NCBI GenBank assembly: GCA_027053075.1
Contig: JALUEE010000019.1
Coordinates: forward strand, 1 to 18,044
Origin: a candidate division WOR-3 bacterium
GTDB lineage: Bacteria > Hydrothermota > Hydrothermia > B15-G9 > WFZT01
DNA: 18,044 nt
Direction of reading: 5' to 3'
The notes below the pieces were generated by a model. That model ran no database searches. It was not told the DNA's origin and saw nothing but the letters and a program-made list of their open reading frames with translations. The position numbers and the translations under genes were made by a program. Numbering within the stretch: the first letter of the stretch is position 1; each line of letters starts with the position of its first letter. Positions 1 through 8,594 of the stretch are shown one piece after another.

Positions 1-398
1 TGATACAGCTTCCTCATGACGGAGAATTTTTTGTACTCAGATCCAGGTCCGTGACAGGCTTCACACTGCACGCCGTCCTCAACTTTGAAAGTGGAAGCGA
101 TAAGCTTCTTGTCAACACCGTATGCAGTTGTATGACACTTGAGACATTTAGGTGACTTTTGTGGGTCACCTGTAACTCCCGTCTTCTTGGCAGTTTCTTT
201 TGCCTTCTCTGTTGCAAGAACTTTGTACGCGTTGTGGTGTGGAGTCTTGAGCCAGATTCCATACTGGTTCCCCCGGCTCTTTGATGAATGACAGGATTTA
301 CACCCCTTTACTCCAACATATTTGAAGGTTTTACCGCCTGCATGGCCTACACCCGCAAACAGCATCACGGTCATTATTGCCATCAAATACTTTCTCAT
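1..398 (-). CDS. Secreted multiheme c-type cytochrome (cytochrome c554/c-prime-like family); 3' end runs off the window
   Basis: Hand translation from ATG at 398, with SD GGAGG just upstream: MRKYLMAIMTVMLFAGVGHAGGKTFKYVGVKGCKSCHSSKSRGNQYGIWLKTPHHNAYKVL...PKCLKCHTTAYG...EDGVQCEACHGPGSEYKKFSVMRKLY. It has a Sec signal peptide, three CxxCH motifs and the YVG..C..CH / GVQCEACHGPGS pattern. The frame is open to the window edge and absent from the ORF track. Confidence 0.92.
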   Translation of the reverse strand, partial: MRKYLMAIMTVMLFAGVGHAGGKTFKYVGVKGCKSCHSSKSRGNQYGIWLKTPHHNAYKVLATEKAKETAKKTGVTGDPQKSPKCLKCHTTAYGVDKKLIASTFKVEDGVQCEACHGPGSEYKKFSVMRKLY

Positions 399-423
399 TT
401 TCTTAACCTCCTTTTCGTAAAAA

Positions 424-452
424 ATTATAAAAGTCACTATCAATCCTTTCAA
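424..452 (-). promoter_or_regulatory. Predicted sigma70 promoter of the cytochrome gene
   Basis: On the - strand: TTGAAA (452-447), 17 bp spacer, TATAAT (429-424). Confidence 0.7.
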
Positions 453-550
453 GAAGAATTGAGTTTGTTCGAAACATCTAAATTTTAGTTGCCACGTCGT
501 CCAATGGATTCTCATAATCTCACTGTTAATTGTGGACTACCCGGTAAATT

Positions 551-593
551 TCCCCTCCTTACCTCGGGAAGGAGGGGTCAGGGGAGAATGGGG
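551..593 (-). repeat. BoxC-like tailed palindrome, subfamily B (reverse orientation)
   Basis: Reverse complement reads CCCCATTCTCCCCTGACCCCTCCTTCCCGAGGTAAGGAGGGGA, similar to 668-707, 9084-9126 and 14292-14334. Confidence 0.75.
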
Positions 594-667
594 TAAGTTC
601 AACGATTTTTAGAATATCCCAATTGACTATACTCTTGAACAAGCTCGATCTTTTTTACAAATTTTTT

Positions 668-707
668 CCATTCCACCCCAACCCTCCCTTCCGAAGGAAG
701 GGAGGGA
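668..707 (+). repeat. BoxC-like tailed palindrome, subfamily B
   Basis: CCATTCCACCCCAA-CCCTCCCTTCC-GAA-GGAAGGGAGGG: pyrimidine tail followed by a perfect 11-bp stem. Confidence 0.8.
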
Positions 708-872
708 GTTTTGCTATTTATTTTGTCCAAACAGGAAAAATCTTAATTCCATAATTTTTAACATCGCTTTTTTTCTACTTACTCCACTTACACCGCACAA
801 AAGGTTAAACATAGTGATATTTTCGAACAGGTTCAGAAGAATTTGCCTAGACTTTTTTAGATTTGAGCGTGT

Positions 873-930
873 CCCTCTCCACTCCTCCCCTCACGCACTT
901 TGTGCGTGGGGGAGAAAATAGGTGGGTGGA
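873..930 (-). repeat. Degenerate BoxC-like hairpin
   Basis: CTCCCCTCACGCAC-TTT-GTGCGTGGGGGAG stem followed by a G-rich tail. Confidence 0.6.
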
Positions 931-985
931 ATTCTCATTAAAACTCCAAGTAAATTGAAGTTTTTCGAACAGACTCTTTTAGATT

Positions 986-1015
986 TTGACTTGCTTGAGG
1001 TGACGGATTTATGAT
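986..1015 (+). promoter_or_regulatory. Predicted sigma70 promoter of the kinase-ppdK unit (would give a leaderless start at ATG 1023)
   Basis: TTGACT (986-991), 18 bp, TATGAT (1010-1015), 7 nt, then in-frame ATG at 1023. The alternative is SD GAGGTG before ATG 1011 with a promoter further upstream. Confidence 0.45.
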
Positions 1016-2645
1016 ATATCAAATGGCTGACCTGAAGCTTTGCTGGAAAAATCCAAATCTCGCTCCTGGAGAATGCAAATATCCACTTGACGACACTCTA
1101 AGAAAAAACATCAAACTCCGCTTTAAAAAATTTTGCGTCGAGTGTGATGTTTTTAAACGTGAGATCAAGATTCTCGATGTTGAGGCTGATGGTGTATACT
1201 CACTGATCCTCGATCTCTACCAGGAGGTCAAAGAGGAGCAGGAGGTTTTCAAAAAACTCAAGATTGCTCAGGATCTCCAGCAGTATCAATTCATGGGAAT
1301 CGCAAAACTTTCAAAAATTTTCCAGACATCCCTCGATATCAAAAAGATAGTACATGCCACAGCATCGGTTATAACAGCTGGCCAGTTTCTCGGCTTCAAC
1401 AGGGCTTTCGTACTCCTTCGAGAGGGGGATAAACTAAAGGGGTATTACGCAATTGGACCGAGGACCCCGGAGGAAGCTGGTAAAATCTGGCGAGAAATTG
1501 AGGAAAAGAAACTGACCCTCGAAGAAATCATTGAATACGACGAGGAGAAATTTAATAAAGAAGCTGGAAAATTCAGGGAAACTCTTGAAAAACTCCAGCT
1601 TGACGTGAAAGAAATTGAAAAGCTCTTCGAATCCGTTTCATGGCTCAGAGTGGATGCTAACTCGTGTAAAGGTGTTTTTGAGAAAATATCCGAGGCGATT
1701 TCCAGCTGTAACTTTATAGCCATTCCTTTGCGAAGCGATTCTGAGATTATTGGTCTTGTCATTGCCGATAACCCGTTCACTGAGATCGAGCTCACTGAGG
1801 ACAAAATTAGCAAGCTGGAAATGGTCATTTATCCTGCATCCATCGCTATTTCACGGGCATTGCTCTACAAGGAAGTTCTCGATAAGGCCCGGGAACTTGA
1901 AAAGGCCAATCAGGCTCTAAGAAAGTACCAGGAGACCATCACTCAGCTTGAGAAAATCGAGGCTCTCGGCGAAACCATCAATGAAATTGCCCACGACATC
2001 AAAAATCCAGCAACAATCATCGGAGGAATTGCTAAATCTCTGCTTGAGGATATTTCACCCAATGATACTAAATACGAATATCTTGAAGCTATTTACCAGG
2101 AAGCCCAGAATCTTGTTGAGATCGTTAACTCACGTGTACGCAACATCCGGGAGAGATTTATAGAGAAACCTGATTGGTGGAGAATTGAGGATATTCTCAA
2201 AAAAGTTTTATCGCAGAAAGAGCCTATTTTGAAAGCGCGAGGGATTACACTCGAGAAAGAAATTGAAGATACGGGACTGGAGTATCTTGTAAATCCATCG
2301 GATATTTCACAGTGTTTTGAGCATGTGATCCAGAATGCCATCGAAGCGATGCCCGAAGGTGGCAAACTATCTGTTACACTCAAAAAGATAGACGATCACA
2401 GCGTGCAGATTCAGGTGACTGACACGGGCGTGGGTATTGACGAAAAGTATGCAGAGAAGGTGTTTGAACCTACATTCACCACCAAAGAGAATGGATGGGG
2501 AATGGGGCTTTATATCTGCAAAAAGAAATTGAAATTCTACGGGGGAGACATTACCCTAAAAGGAAAAGTAGGGGAAGGGGTCACAGTGACCATAATTTTA
2601 AGGAATGGAAAAAACATACGGGAGGTCAAAAATGGAGAAATCTAA
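1011..2645 (+). CDS. Cytoplasmic GAF-domain sensor histidine kinase (HisKA + HATPase_c) with a Cys-rich N-terminus
   Basis: H-box EIAHDIKNP, N-box HVIQNAIEAM, G1 VTDTGVGI, F-box VFEPTFTTK, G2 GWGMGLYI. GAF-like segments FNRAFVLL and IAIPLRSDSEIIGLVIADN. No TM helices. Start is 1011 or 1023. Confidence 0.92.
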   Translation: MIYQMADLKLCWKNPNLAPGECKYPLDDTLRKNIKLRFKKFCVECDVFKREIKILDVEADGVYSLILDLYQEVKEEQEVFKKLKIAQDLQQYQFMGIAKLSKIFQTSLDIKKIVHATASVITAGQFLGFNRAFVLLREGDKLKGYYAIGPRTPEEAGKIWREIEEKKLTLEEIIEYDEEKFNKEAGKFRETLEKLQLDVKEIEKLFESVSWLRVDANSCKGVFEKISEAISSCNFIAIPLRSDSEIIGLVIADNPFTEIELTEDKISKLEMVIYPASIAISRALLYKEVLDKARELEKANQALRKYQETITQLEKIEALGETINEIAHDIKNPATIIGGIAKSLLEDISPNDTKYEYLEAIYQEAQNLVEIVNSRVRNIRERFIEKPDWWRIEDILKKVLSQKEPILKARGITLEKEIEDTGLEYLVNPSDISQCFEHVIQNAIEAMPEGGKLSVTLKKIDDHSVQIQVTDTGVGIDEKYAEKVFEPTFTTKENGWGMGLYICKKKLKFYGGDITLKGKVGEGVTVTIILRNGKNIREVKNGEI

Positions 2646-5325
2646 AAAGTACGTCTATTTCTTTGCAAATGGAGAGGCAGAAGGAAACGCCAGCATGCGC
2701 AACCTTTTAGGCGGTAAGGGCGCAAATCTTCACGAGATGACACGTCTTGGTATACCTGTTCCGCCTGGATTTACCATTTCAACAGAAGCGTGTGTATATT
2801 ACTTTAAAACGGGAAAGATTCCGGAGGGGCTGGAAGAGGAAGTCACGAAGAATCTCCACAGACTTGAGGAAGTTACAGGAAAGAAATTTGGTGACAACAC
2901 AAATCCTCTCCTCGTTTCAGTCAGGTCAGGAGCCCGTGTTTCCATGCCCGGCATGATGGATACCATTCTGAATCTCGGACTCACAGACGAATCGGTCAAA
3001 GGACTCGCAAAGCAAACCAATAACCCGAGATTCGCTTATGATGCCTATAGAAGATTCATCCAGATGTTCAGTGAGACTGCAAAGGGCATAAAACACGAAA
3101 ACTTTGAAAAGGTACTCGAAGAGGTCAAGAAAGAGGCAGGTGTTGAGGCAGACAGCGACCTTAGCCCTGACCACCTGATGAAGCTTATCGAAAAGTATAA
3201 AGAAATTTACAGGCGCGAAACCGGTGAGGAATTCCCACAGGACCCCTGGAAACAGCTCTGGGAGGCAATTATTGCTGTGTTTAATTCCTGGAACAGTGAA
3301 AGGGCGGTTGAGTACAGAAAACTAAATAAAATCCCTGATGACTGGGGCACAGCAGTTAATGTGGTAGCCATGGTGTTTGGTAATATGGGAGAGGATTCAG
3401 GAACAGGTGTGGCCTTTACCCGTGACCCAATGACTGGCGAAAATCAGTTCTATGGCGAATTTTTACCAAACGCCCAGGGTGAGGATGTAGTGGCAGGTAT
3501 CCGAACTCCGCACGCATTAAATGAATATTCTAAGCGGGAAAAGAACAAGGACCTTCCGACCTTAGAGGAAACCATGCCCGAGGTTTACAAAGAACTCTAC
3601 AATATTGCGAAAAAACTGGAAAAGCACTACAGAGACATGCAGGACATCGAATTTACGATTGAAAGGAAGAAGCTATACCTTCTGCAGACAAGAAACGGTA
3701 AAAGAACAGCCCGTGCTGCCGTCAAAATTGCTGTTGACATGGTGGAAGAAGGCCTGATCGATAAGGAAGAGGCTTTGATGAGGGTGGAAGCAGGCAGGTT
3801 GAATGAGCTTCTACACCCCACGTTTGATCCCAACGCTCCCAAGAAGGTCATTGCAAAAGGGCTTGGGGCTTCACCCGGAGCAGCCTACGGAAAAGTGGTC
3901 TTTGAATCTGAGGAAGCAGCAAAATTGGGAGAATCAGGTGAAGATGTGATCCTCGTGAGACACGAGACATCGCCCGACGACATTAAAGGAATGGCCAAAA
4001 GTAGAGGAATCCTTACATCCCGTGGCGGCATGACTTCTCATGCCGCTGTTGTTGCAAGAGGTATGGGTATCCCTGCAGTGGTAGGGGCTGAGGATATTGA
4101 GGTTGATTACGAAAAAGAAGAATTTAGAGTTGGCGATATCGTTGTGAAGAAGGGAGATTTCATCAGCATTGATGGGACCACGGGCGAAGTGATGCTTGGA
4201 AAAGTTGATACAATCCCACCTGTTATTTTTGAAGAATTTCATAAACTCCTTGATTGGGCTGATGAGATCAGGTGGATTGGTGTAAGGGCAAATGCAGAGA
4301 CACCAGAAGATGCAAGAAGGGCGAGAGAATATGGTGCCGAGGGAATTGGACTTGCAAGAACCGAGCACATGTTCTTCTCAGGTGAAAGAATCTATGCCAT
4401 GCAGGAAATGATCATTGCCGAATCACGCGAGGAGAGGGAGAAGGCTCTTGCCAAGCTCTTGCCCATGCAGAGAGAGGATTTCAAAGAGCTATTCAGGGCT
4501 ATGGATGGATTTCCTGTAACCATCAGAACACTTGATCCTCCGTTGCATGAATTCCTGCCAAAGGATGACGAGCAGATAAAGGAGCTTGCAGAGCGTCTCG
4601 GAGTGCCCGAAGAGAAGATAAGGGCAAAGGCTGAGGCCTTAGCGGAAGCCAACCCCATGCTGGGTCACAGGGGTTGTCGTCTCGGCATAACCTACCCCGA
4701 GATTACTGAAATGCAGGCAAGAGCAATTTTTGAGGCTGCCTGTGAGGTTAAAAAGGAAGGGGTCAAGGTCTATCCAGAGATAATGATACCGCTTGTTTCA
4801 ACTGTGAGAGAGCTTGAGATTCAGAAGGCAATTGTGGATAAGGTAGCAAGTGAGGTATTCAAGGAGCAGGGCGTTGAGGTCGAATATCTTGTCGGAACCA
4901 TGATAGAGCTCCCACGCGCAGCCTTGACAGCAGATGAAATCGCAACTGTGGCCGAATTCTTCTCCTTTGGAACCAACGACCTGACCCAGACGACCTTTGG
5001 ATTTTCCCGTGACGACGCGGGTAAATTCCTGCCCAAGTATGTTGAGATGGGGATCTTGAAGGATGATCCGTTCCAGGTGCTCGACCAGGAGGGAGTCGGT
5101 CAGCTTGTTAAAATGGGAATTGAAAAGGGACGTTCAACGAGGCCTGAGCTCAAGGTGGGCATTTGTGGAGAGCATGGAGGTGAGCCTTCAAGCGTGAAGT
5201 TCTGCCACAGAGTTGGCATGGACTACGTCTCAGCTTCTCCATTCCGTGTGCCTATTGCGAGGCTTGCCGCAGCACAGGCAGTGATTGAGGAGAAGCGTAA
5301 GAGAAAGAGGAGTGTAGTGAGGTAG
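2632..5325 (+). CDS. ppdK: Pyruvate, phosphate dikinase
   Basis: Motifs LLGGKGANL, PLLVSVRSGARVSMPGMMDTILNLG, GGMTSHAAVVARG (phospho-His), EFFSFGTNDLTQ and GICGEHGG. Start is placed at ATG 2632 (MEKSKKYVYFF) after SD GGGAGGT, rather than 2605. Confidence 0.98.
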   Translation: MEKSKKYVYFFANGEAEGNASMRNLLGGKGANLHEMTRLGIPVPPGFTISTEACVYYFKTGKIPEGLEEEVTKNLHRLEEVTGKKFGDNTNPLLVSVRSGARVSMPGMMDTILNLGLTDESVKGLAKQTNNPRFAYDAYRRFIQMFSETAKGIKHENFEKVLEEVKKEAGVEADSDLSPDHLMKLIEKYKEIYRRETGEEFPQDPWKQLWEAIIAVFNSWNSERAVEYRKLNKIPDDWGTAVNVVAMVFGNMGEDSGTGVAFTRDPMTGENQFYGEFLPNAQGEDVVAGIRTPHALNEYSKREKNKDLPTLEETMPEVYKELYNIAKKLEKHYRDMQDIEFTIERKKLYLLQTRNGKRTARAAVKIAVDMVEEGLIDKEEALMRVEAGRLNELLHPTFDPNAPKKVIAKGLGASPGAAYGKVVFESEEAAKLGESGEDVILVRHETSPDDIKGMAKSRGILTSRGGMTSHAAVVARGMGIPAVVGAEDIEVDYEKEEFRVGDIVVKKGDFISIDGTTGEVMLGKVDTIPPVIFEEFHKLLDWADEIRWIGVRANAETPEDARRAREYGAEGIGLARTEHMFFSGERIYAMQEMIIAESREEREKALAKLLPMQREDFKELFRAMDGFPVTIRTLDPPLHEFLPKDDEQIKELAERLGVPEEKIRAKAEALAEANPMLGHRGCRLGITYPEITEMQARAIFEAACEVKKEGVKVYPEIMIPLVSTVRELEIQKAIVDKVASEVFKEQGVEVEYLVGTMIELPRAALTADEIATVAEFFSFGTNDLTQTTFGFSRDDAGKFLPKYVEMGILKDDPFQVLDQEGVGQLVKMGIEKGRSTRPELKVGICGEHGGEPSSVKFCHRVGMDYVSASPFRVPIARLAAAQAVIEEKRKRKRSVVR

Positions 5326-5351
5326 GCTGAAAATTGAAAGAATTTTAAGTA

Positions 5352-5396
5352 AAGGGGCTGGCGTGAAGCAGCGTAGCTGCTTCACGCCAGCCCCTT
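5352..5396. terminator. Perfect 21-bp hairpin downstream of ppdK (possible terminator or REP-like element)
   Basis: AAGGGGCTGGCGTGAAGCAGC-GTA-GCTGCTTCACGCCAGCCCCTT, 26 nt after the stop codon. The U-tract is weak on both strands. Confidence 0.6.
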
Positions 5397-5520
5397 GAAA
5401 TTTGATCTTATTTTTCCCCCAGATTAAGCAATTTTGTGCATCTGAGAGATGTCTCTTACTTTTTATGCCACGAGAGAGTTCTTACTCCAAACTCTGGAAG
5501 TTAAAAAATCGAGATGTAAG

Positions 5521-5559
5521 CCCTCACCCCAGCCCTCTCCCGCGAAGCGGGAGAGGGAG
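5521..5559 (+). repeat. BoxC-like tailed palindrome, subfamily A
   Basis: CCCTCACCCCAG-CCCTCTCCCGC-GAA-GCGGGAGAGGG-AG, near-identical to 6089-6127 and 9010-9048. Confidence 0.85.
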
Positions 5560-5594
5560 ATTGATGTACTTGGATCAATTATTCGTTAGATGAA

Positions 5595-5642
5595 CCCTTT
5601 CACCCAAACTCTCTCCGCAAATATTTTTGCAGAGAAATGAGG
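5595..5642 (+). repeat. Degenerate BoxC-like element, subfamily C
   Basis: CCCTTTCACCCAAACTCTCTCCGCAAATATTTTTGCAGAGA shares the CGCAA.TATTTTTG core with 8755-8800. Confidence 0.5.
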
Positions 5643-5677
5643 ATTTTTAGAGAGTGCGGGAAATCTTCAGCAAAAGT

Positions 5678-5806
5678 TCTTTCCCGCGCTTGAGAATTAA
5701 GTGGGAGAAGGTTAGGAAGTGGGTATCCCGCTTAAAAATAGCGGAAGCAAGATGTTACCCCTCATCTTTATCCTCTCCCCCGCAATGAATCTATGCGGGG
5801 AGAGGA
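5678..5806. repeat. Composite unit: reverse hairpin, TCCCGCTTAAAAAT linker, forward hairpin (degenerate)
   Basis: Same architecture and linker start as 6005-6127 and 8929-9048. Confidence 0.55.
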
Positions 5807-6004
5807 AGTTTTTGTGTGGAAGTATGTGACAAATTTCTGACAAGTATAATCCGGGGCTGAATACACTCATAGGACAGCTTTCTTTCTTTGAAAGCAAAAA
5901 TTGTGCCGAGAAAATGCTCCACAGCAACCCCGGAAATTTTCTTTTCCCGCGCTTCACTTTTAAAAATTACTTCCCTCCCACGCTGTGCAAGTGAGGCAAA
6001 GACT

Positions 6005-6127
6005 CTTCCCTCCCCCACAAGCTTCGCTTGTGGGGATGGGTGTGGTAGGGGGCATTCCGCTTGAAATCTCAAAAATTAAAAATTTAGACCCTCACCCCAG
6101 CCCTCTCCCGCTTTGCGGGAGAGGGAG
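6005..6127. repeat. Composite unit: reverse BoxC-like hairpin, TTCCGCTTGAAAT linker, forward subfamily A hairpin
   Basis: Imperfect direct repeat of 8929-9048. It ends 8 nt from the stop codon of the substrate-binding protein gene. Confidence 0.8.
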
Positions 6128-6135
6128 GCAACCAT

Positions 6136-7050
6136 CTATTTAACAAGATTCACAAACACATCCTCAGGTCTCACAGGTTTTTTAATAATCCCCTCCTTGA
6201 GGGCAAATTTTATGAATTTATCCCATTTTTCATAAGATTGGACCTGAGTATGCGCATATAAATCAATGGTGTCATAAAAAGCCTTTTGATCAAGCTTTTT
6301 CCTTACATCAGGATTTGCCTTAAAATACAGTTTGAGGGCCTTTTCAGGATTTCCCCTCGTCCATTTGATAGCCTCATCAATAGCCATGACAAACCTCTTC
6401 AAAGCATCTCTCTTTTCCTCAATCTTCTTATCGGATGAGATAAAGACGAGCTCGTAGAAGTCCGGAATTCCATTCTTCTCGAGGAGGAACACGCCGGGCT
6501 CTTTCCCTTCAAGCTCAACCTCGTTTTTCTCATAATTCCTGTAAGCACCGATCACTGCGTCCACCTTGTGTGACAGGAGGGATGGTGTAATGTTGAACCC
6601 TATGTTGATCAGCTCATAATCACTGTCCTTAAGCCCGTTGTACCTCGCAAAAGCTCGAAATAAAATTTCCTGCAAGTGCGGCACGGCATATCCTATCCTT
6701 TTGCCCTTTAAATCAGCCGGAGTTTTTATTCCGCTCTCCTTGAGGTATAAAACAGTAATTAGCGGGTGTTCGACAAGTACACCGATTGATTTCACCTTCA
6801 GGCCTTCCGAGCGGGCAATAATAACTTCAGGCATGTAGTTGATGGCAATATCAACTTTTCCTGTAGCAGCAATTTTTAGCGGGTCTGCTGTTTCTGCGGG
6901 AACAAGTATGTCCACCTTCAGACCATGCTTTTCAAATATCCCCGTCTGCTGAGCCACGTAAATGGGGACGTGGTCAGCATTTGGAAACCAATCAAGCATT
7001 AGAGAGACCTTTGTCAGCGAAATTATTATGCTCAATGCAATTCCCAGCAT
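6136..7050 (-). CDS. thiY: ABC transporter substrate-binding protein, NMT1/THI5 (ThiY-like; thiamine/HMP precursor)
   Basis: LMLDWFPNADH, YVAQQTGIFEKHGLKV and GAYRNYE are typical of NMT1/ThiY. SD GGAGGT precedes it, and it lies under a TPP riboswitch. Confidence 0.85.
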   Translation of the reverse strand: MLGIALSIIISLTKVSLMLDWFPNADHVPIYVAQQTGIFEKHGLKVDILVPAETADPLKIAATGKVDIAINYMPEVIIARSEGLKVKSIGVLVEHPLITVLYLKESGIKTPADLKGKRIGYAVPHLQEILFRAFARYNGLKDSDYELINIGFNITPSLLSHKVDAVIGAYRNYEKNEVELEGKEPGVFLLEKNGIPDFYELVFISSDKKIEEKRDALKRFVMAIDEAIKWTRGNPEKALKLYFKANPDVRKKLDQKAFYDTIDLYAHTQVQSYEKWDKFIKFALKEGIIKKPVRPEDVFVNLVK

Positions 7051-7054
7051 ACTC

Positions 7055-7801
7055 TTACCTCCTTTTCCATGGCATTAAAACTTTTTCAAGGTATGAAACA
7101 AGCGAGAAAAGTCCTACTCCCATCACGGTTAAATAAAAAATTGCTGCAAAAATGAGGTCAACCCTGAGCTGCGCGTTTGCATGGAGCATCAAATATCCAA
7201 GCCCATAGCGGGCTCCCACCCATTCACCAATGACAGCTCCGATGGTTGAAACAGATATGCCTATCTTTGAGCCGGTCATAATGAATGGCAATGCCGATGG
7301 AATTCTCACCTTTGTAAGAATTTGAAAATCACTTGCACCCAAAAGCTCAAATAATTTAACAATGTCAGGGTCTGCAGATTTTAGCCCATCGAGAGTGTTA
7401 ACTGTGATGGGGAAGAAGACAATCAGAGATGTCATCACCACCTTTGAGCTGAGGCCATATCCAAACCAGATAACCAAAAGGGGGGCAATTGCAAAGACGG
7501 GAATGGACTGGGAACCAATGATGATGGGATAAAAGGCCCTTTCGACGGCTGGAAATTTAAACATAAGATAGGCCAGCGTGACCCCCACTACAAATGCAAG
7601 AGCAAATCCCAGGACCATCTCGGATAATGTATAGAAACTGTGCTTGAGGAGTAGAGGAGACGAAACAACGATTGTCTTGAATATCTTCGAAGGAGGTGGC
7701 AGGATGTAAACGGGTGTGCTGAAAACTCTCACGAGCACTTCCCAGAGGACGAGTATGAATATTATGAGTATGAAAGAGTTCTTATATCGAGCCATTCCCA
7801 A
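7055..7801 (-). CDS. thiX: ABC transporter permease (SsuC/ThiX-like)
   Basis: Hydrophobic protein with YILPPPS, SQSIPVFAIAPLLVIWFG and GAVIGEWVGARYGLG. Start is TTG 7801 or ATG 7795. Confidence 0.85.
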   Translation of the reverse strand: MGMARYKNSFILIIFILVLWEVLVRVFSTPVYILPPPSKIFKTIVVSSPLLLKHSFYTLSEMVLGFALAFVVGVTLAYLMFKFPAVERAFYPIIIGSQSIPVFAIAPLLVIWFGYGLSSKVVMTSLIVFFPITVNTLDGLKSADPDIVKLFELLGASDFQILTKVRIPSALPFIMTGSKIGISVSTIGAVIGEWVGARYGLGYLMLHANAQLRVDLIFAAIFYLTVMGVGLFSLVSYLEKVLMPWKRR

Positions 7802-8549
7802 ACACGCTCCCGATCTCTTCTTTCAATTCGTCAAAAATTTTCTTTTTGATTGCAGCGAGGGCACTCAGGTCTCTTGGACGCGGTTGTTCGATGGTGTAAG
7901 TAGATTTTATTCTTGCTGGCCTGGATGAAAGAACAATAATCCTGTCTGATAGTATGAGGGCTTCATCAATGTCATGGGTAACGAGAACGACTGTTTTTTC
8001 ATACTTTTTCCAGACCCTGAGGAGGAGGTTTTGCATCACAAATCTTGTCATGGCATCAAGAGCACCAAATGGCTCGTCAAGGAGAAGGAGTGGACGCTTG
8101 AACATCAGAGTTCTCGCAAGGGCTACCCTTTGCCTCATGCCACCTGAAAGCTCTGATGGATATGAGTTGTAGAATCCACCAAGGCCAAAGCTATCCAGAA
8201 GTGAAATGGCCTCTTCCTTCGCTTTTTTTATGTCCTGCCCCTCGATTTCAGGGCCGAGGATGGTGTTGCCTATCACGGTTCTCCAGGGCATCAGAAGATC
8301 TTTTTGAACCATGTAAGCTGCGATTTTCTGGAGATTTCCAACCTTTTTGCCATTTAGTCTAATTTCTCCCCCGTCTTTAGGAACAAATCCTGCGAGGATA
8401 TTGAGGATGGTTGATTTCCCACATCCAGAGGGGCCAATAATGGTCAGGAACTCTTTTGAATTGACGGCGAAAGAAATATCATCCAGAACATTCAACTCAG
8501 CACCGTTCACTCTGTAGGACTTTCTGAGATTTTTAACCTCTATCTGCAT
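7782..8549 (-). CDS. thiZ: ABC transporter ATP-binding protein (SsuB/ThiZ-like)
   Basis: Walker A GPSGCGKST, signature LSGGMRQR, Walker B LLLLDEPFGALD and H-loop VTHD. Confidence 0.88.
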   Translation of the reverse strand: MQIEVKNLRKSYRVNGAELNVLDDISFAVNSKEFLTIIGPSGCGKSTILNILAGFVPKDGGEIRLNGKKVGNLQKIAAYMVQKDLLMPWRTVIGNTILGPEIEGQDIKKAKEEAISLLDSFGLGGFYNSYPSELSGGMRQRVALARTLMFKRPLLLLDEPFGALDAMTRFVMQNLLLRVWKKYEKTVVLVTHDIDEALILSDRIIVLSSRPARIKSTYTIEQPRPRDLSALAAIKKKIFDELKEEIGSVFGNGSI

Positions 8550-8594
8550 GAAACACGTTTCCGCGGGAGCCGGTTGGATTTGGAGGGTTGTTCA

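Larger units (their letters stand above)
461..976. mobile_element. Putative degenerate MITE-like element or nest of elements bounded by inverted 14-mers
   Basis: GAGTTTGTTCGAAA at 461-474 and TTTCGAACAGACTC at 963-976 are inverted. Further copies lie at 633-646 and 821-834. 461-521 aligns by hand with the reverse complement of 14389-14450 (about 47/62 columns). No transposase is present in the window. Confidence 0.45.

Noticed and set aside
14..488. ORF-track entries 14-262 (-) and 288-488 (+)
   Set aside because: They are alternative-frame or antisense shadows of the multiheme cytochrome gene.
821..834. GAAC-AG-GTTC as a LexA (Cheo) box
   Set aside because: The Cheo box needs GAAC-N4-GTTC, and the spacer here is 2 bp. 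The other copies of the 14-mer lack the second half-site.
2605..2631. ppdK start at 2605 as given in the ORF track
   Set aside because: ATG 2632 has a strong SD and matches the usual PPDK N-terminus (KYVYFF).
5402..6072. Short ORFs 5402-5593, 5712-5957 and 5791-6072 (also 8632-8838, 8712-9032 and 14274-14462) containing PHPSPLP/GEG peptides
   Set aside because: These peptides are translations of the BoxC-like repeats. The ORFs have weak starts and no recognisable domain.
5330..6135. Possible CRISPR array in the repeat-rich intergenic region
   Set aside because: The repeats vary in sequence, orientation and spacing. There is no regular repeat-spacer periodicity and no cas gene in the window.
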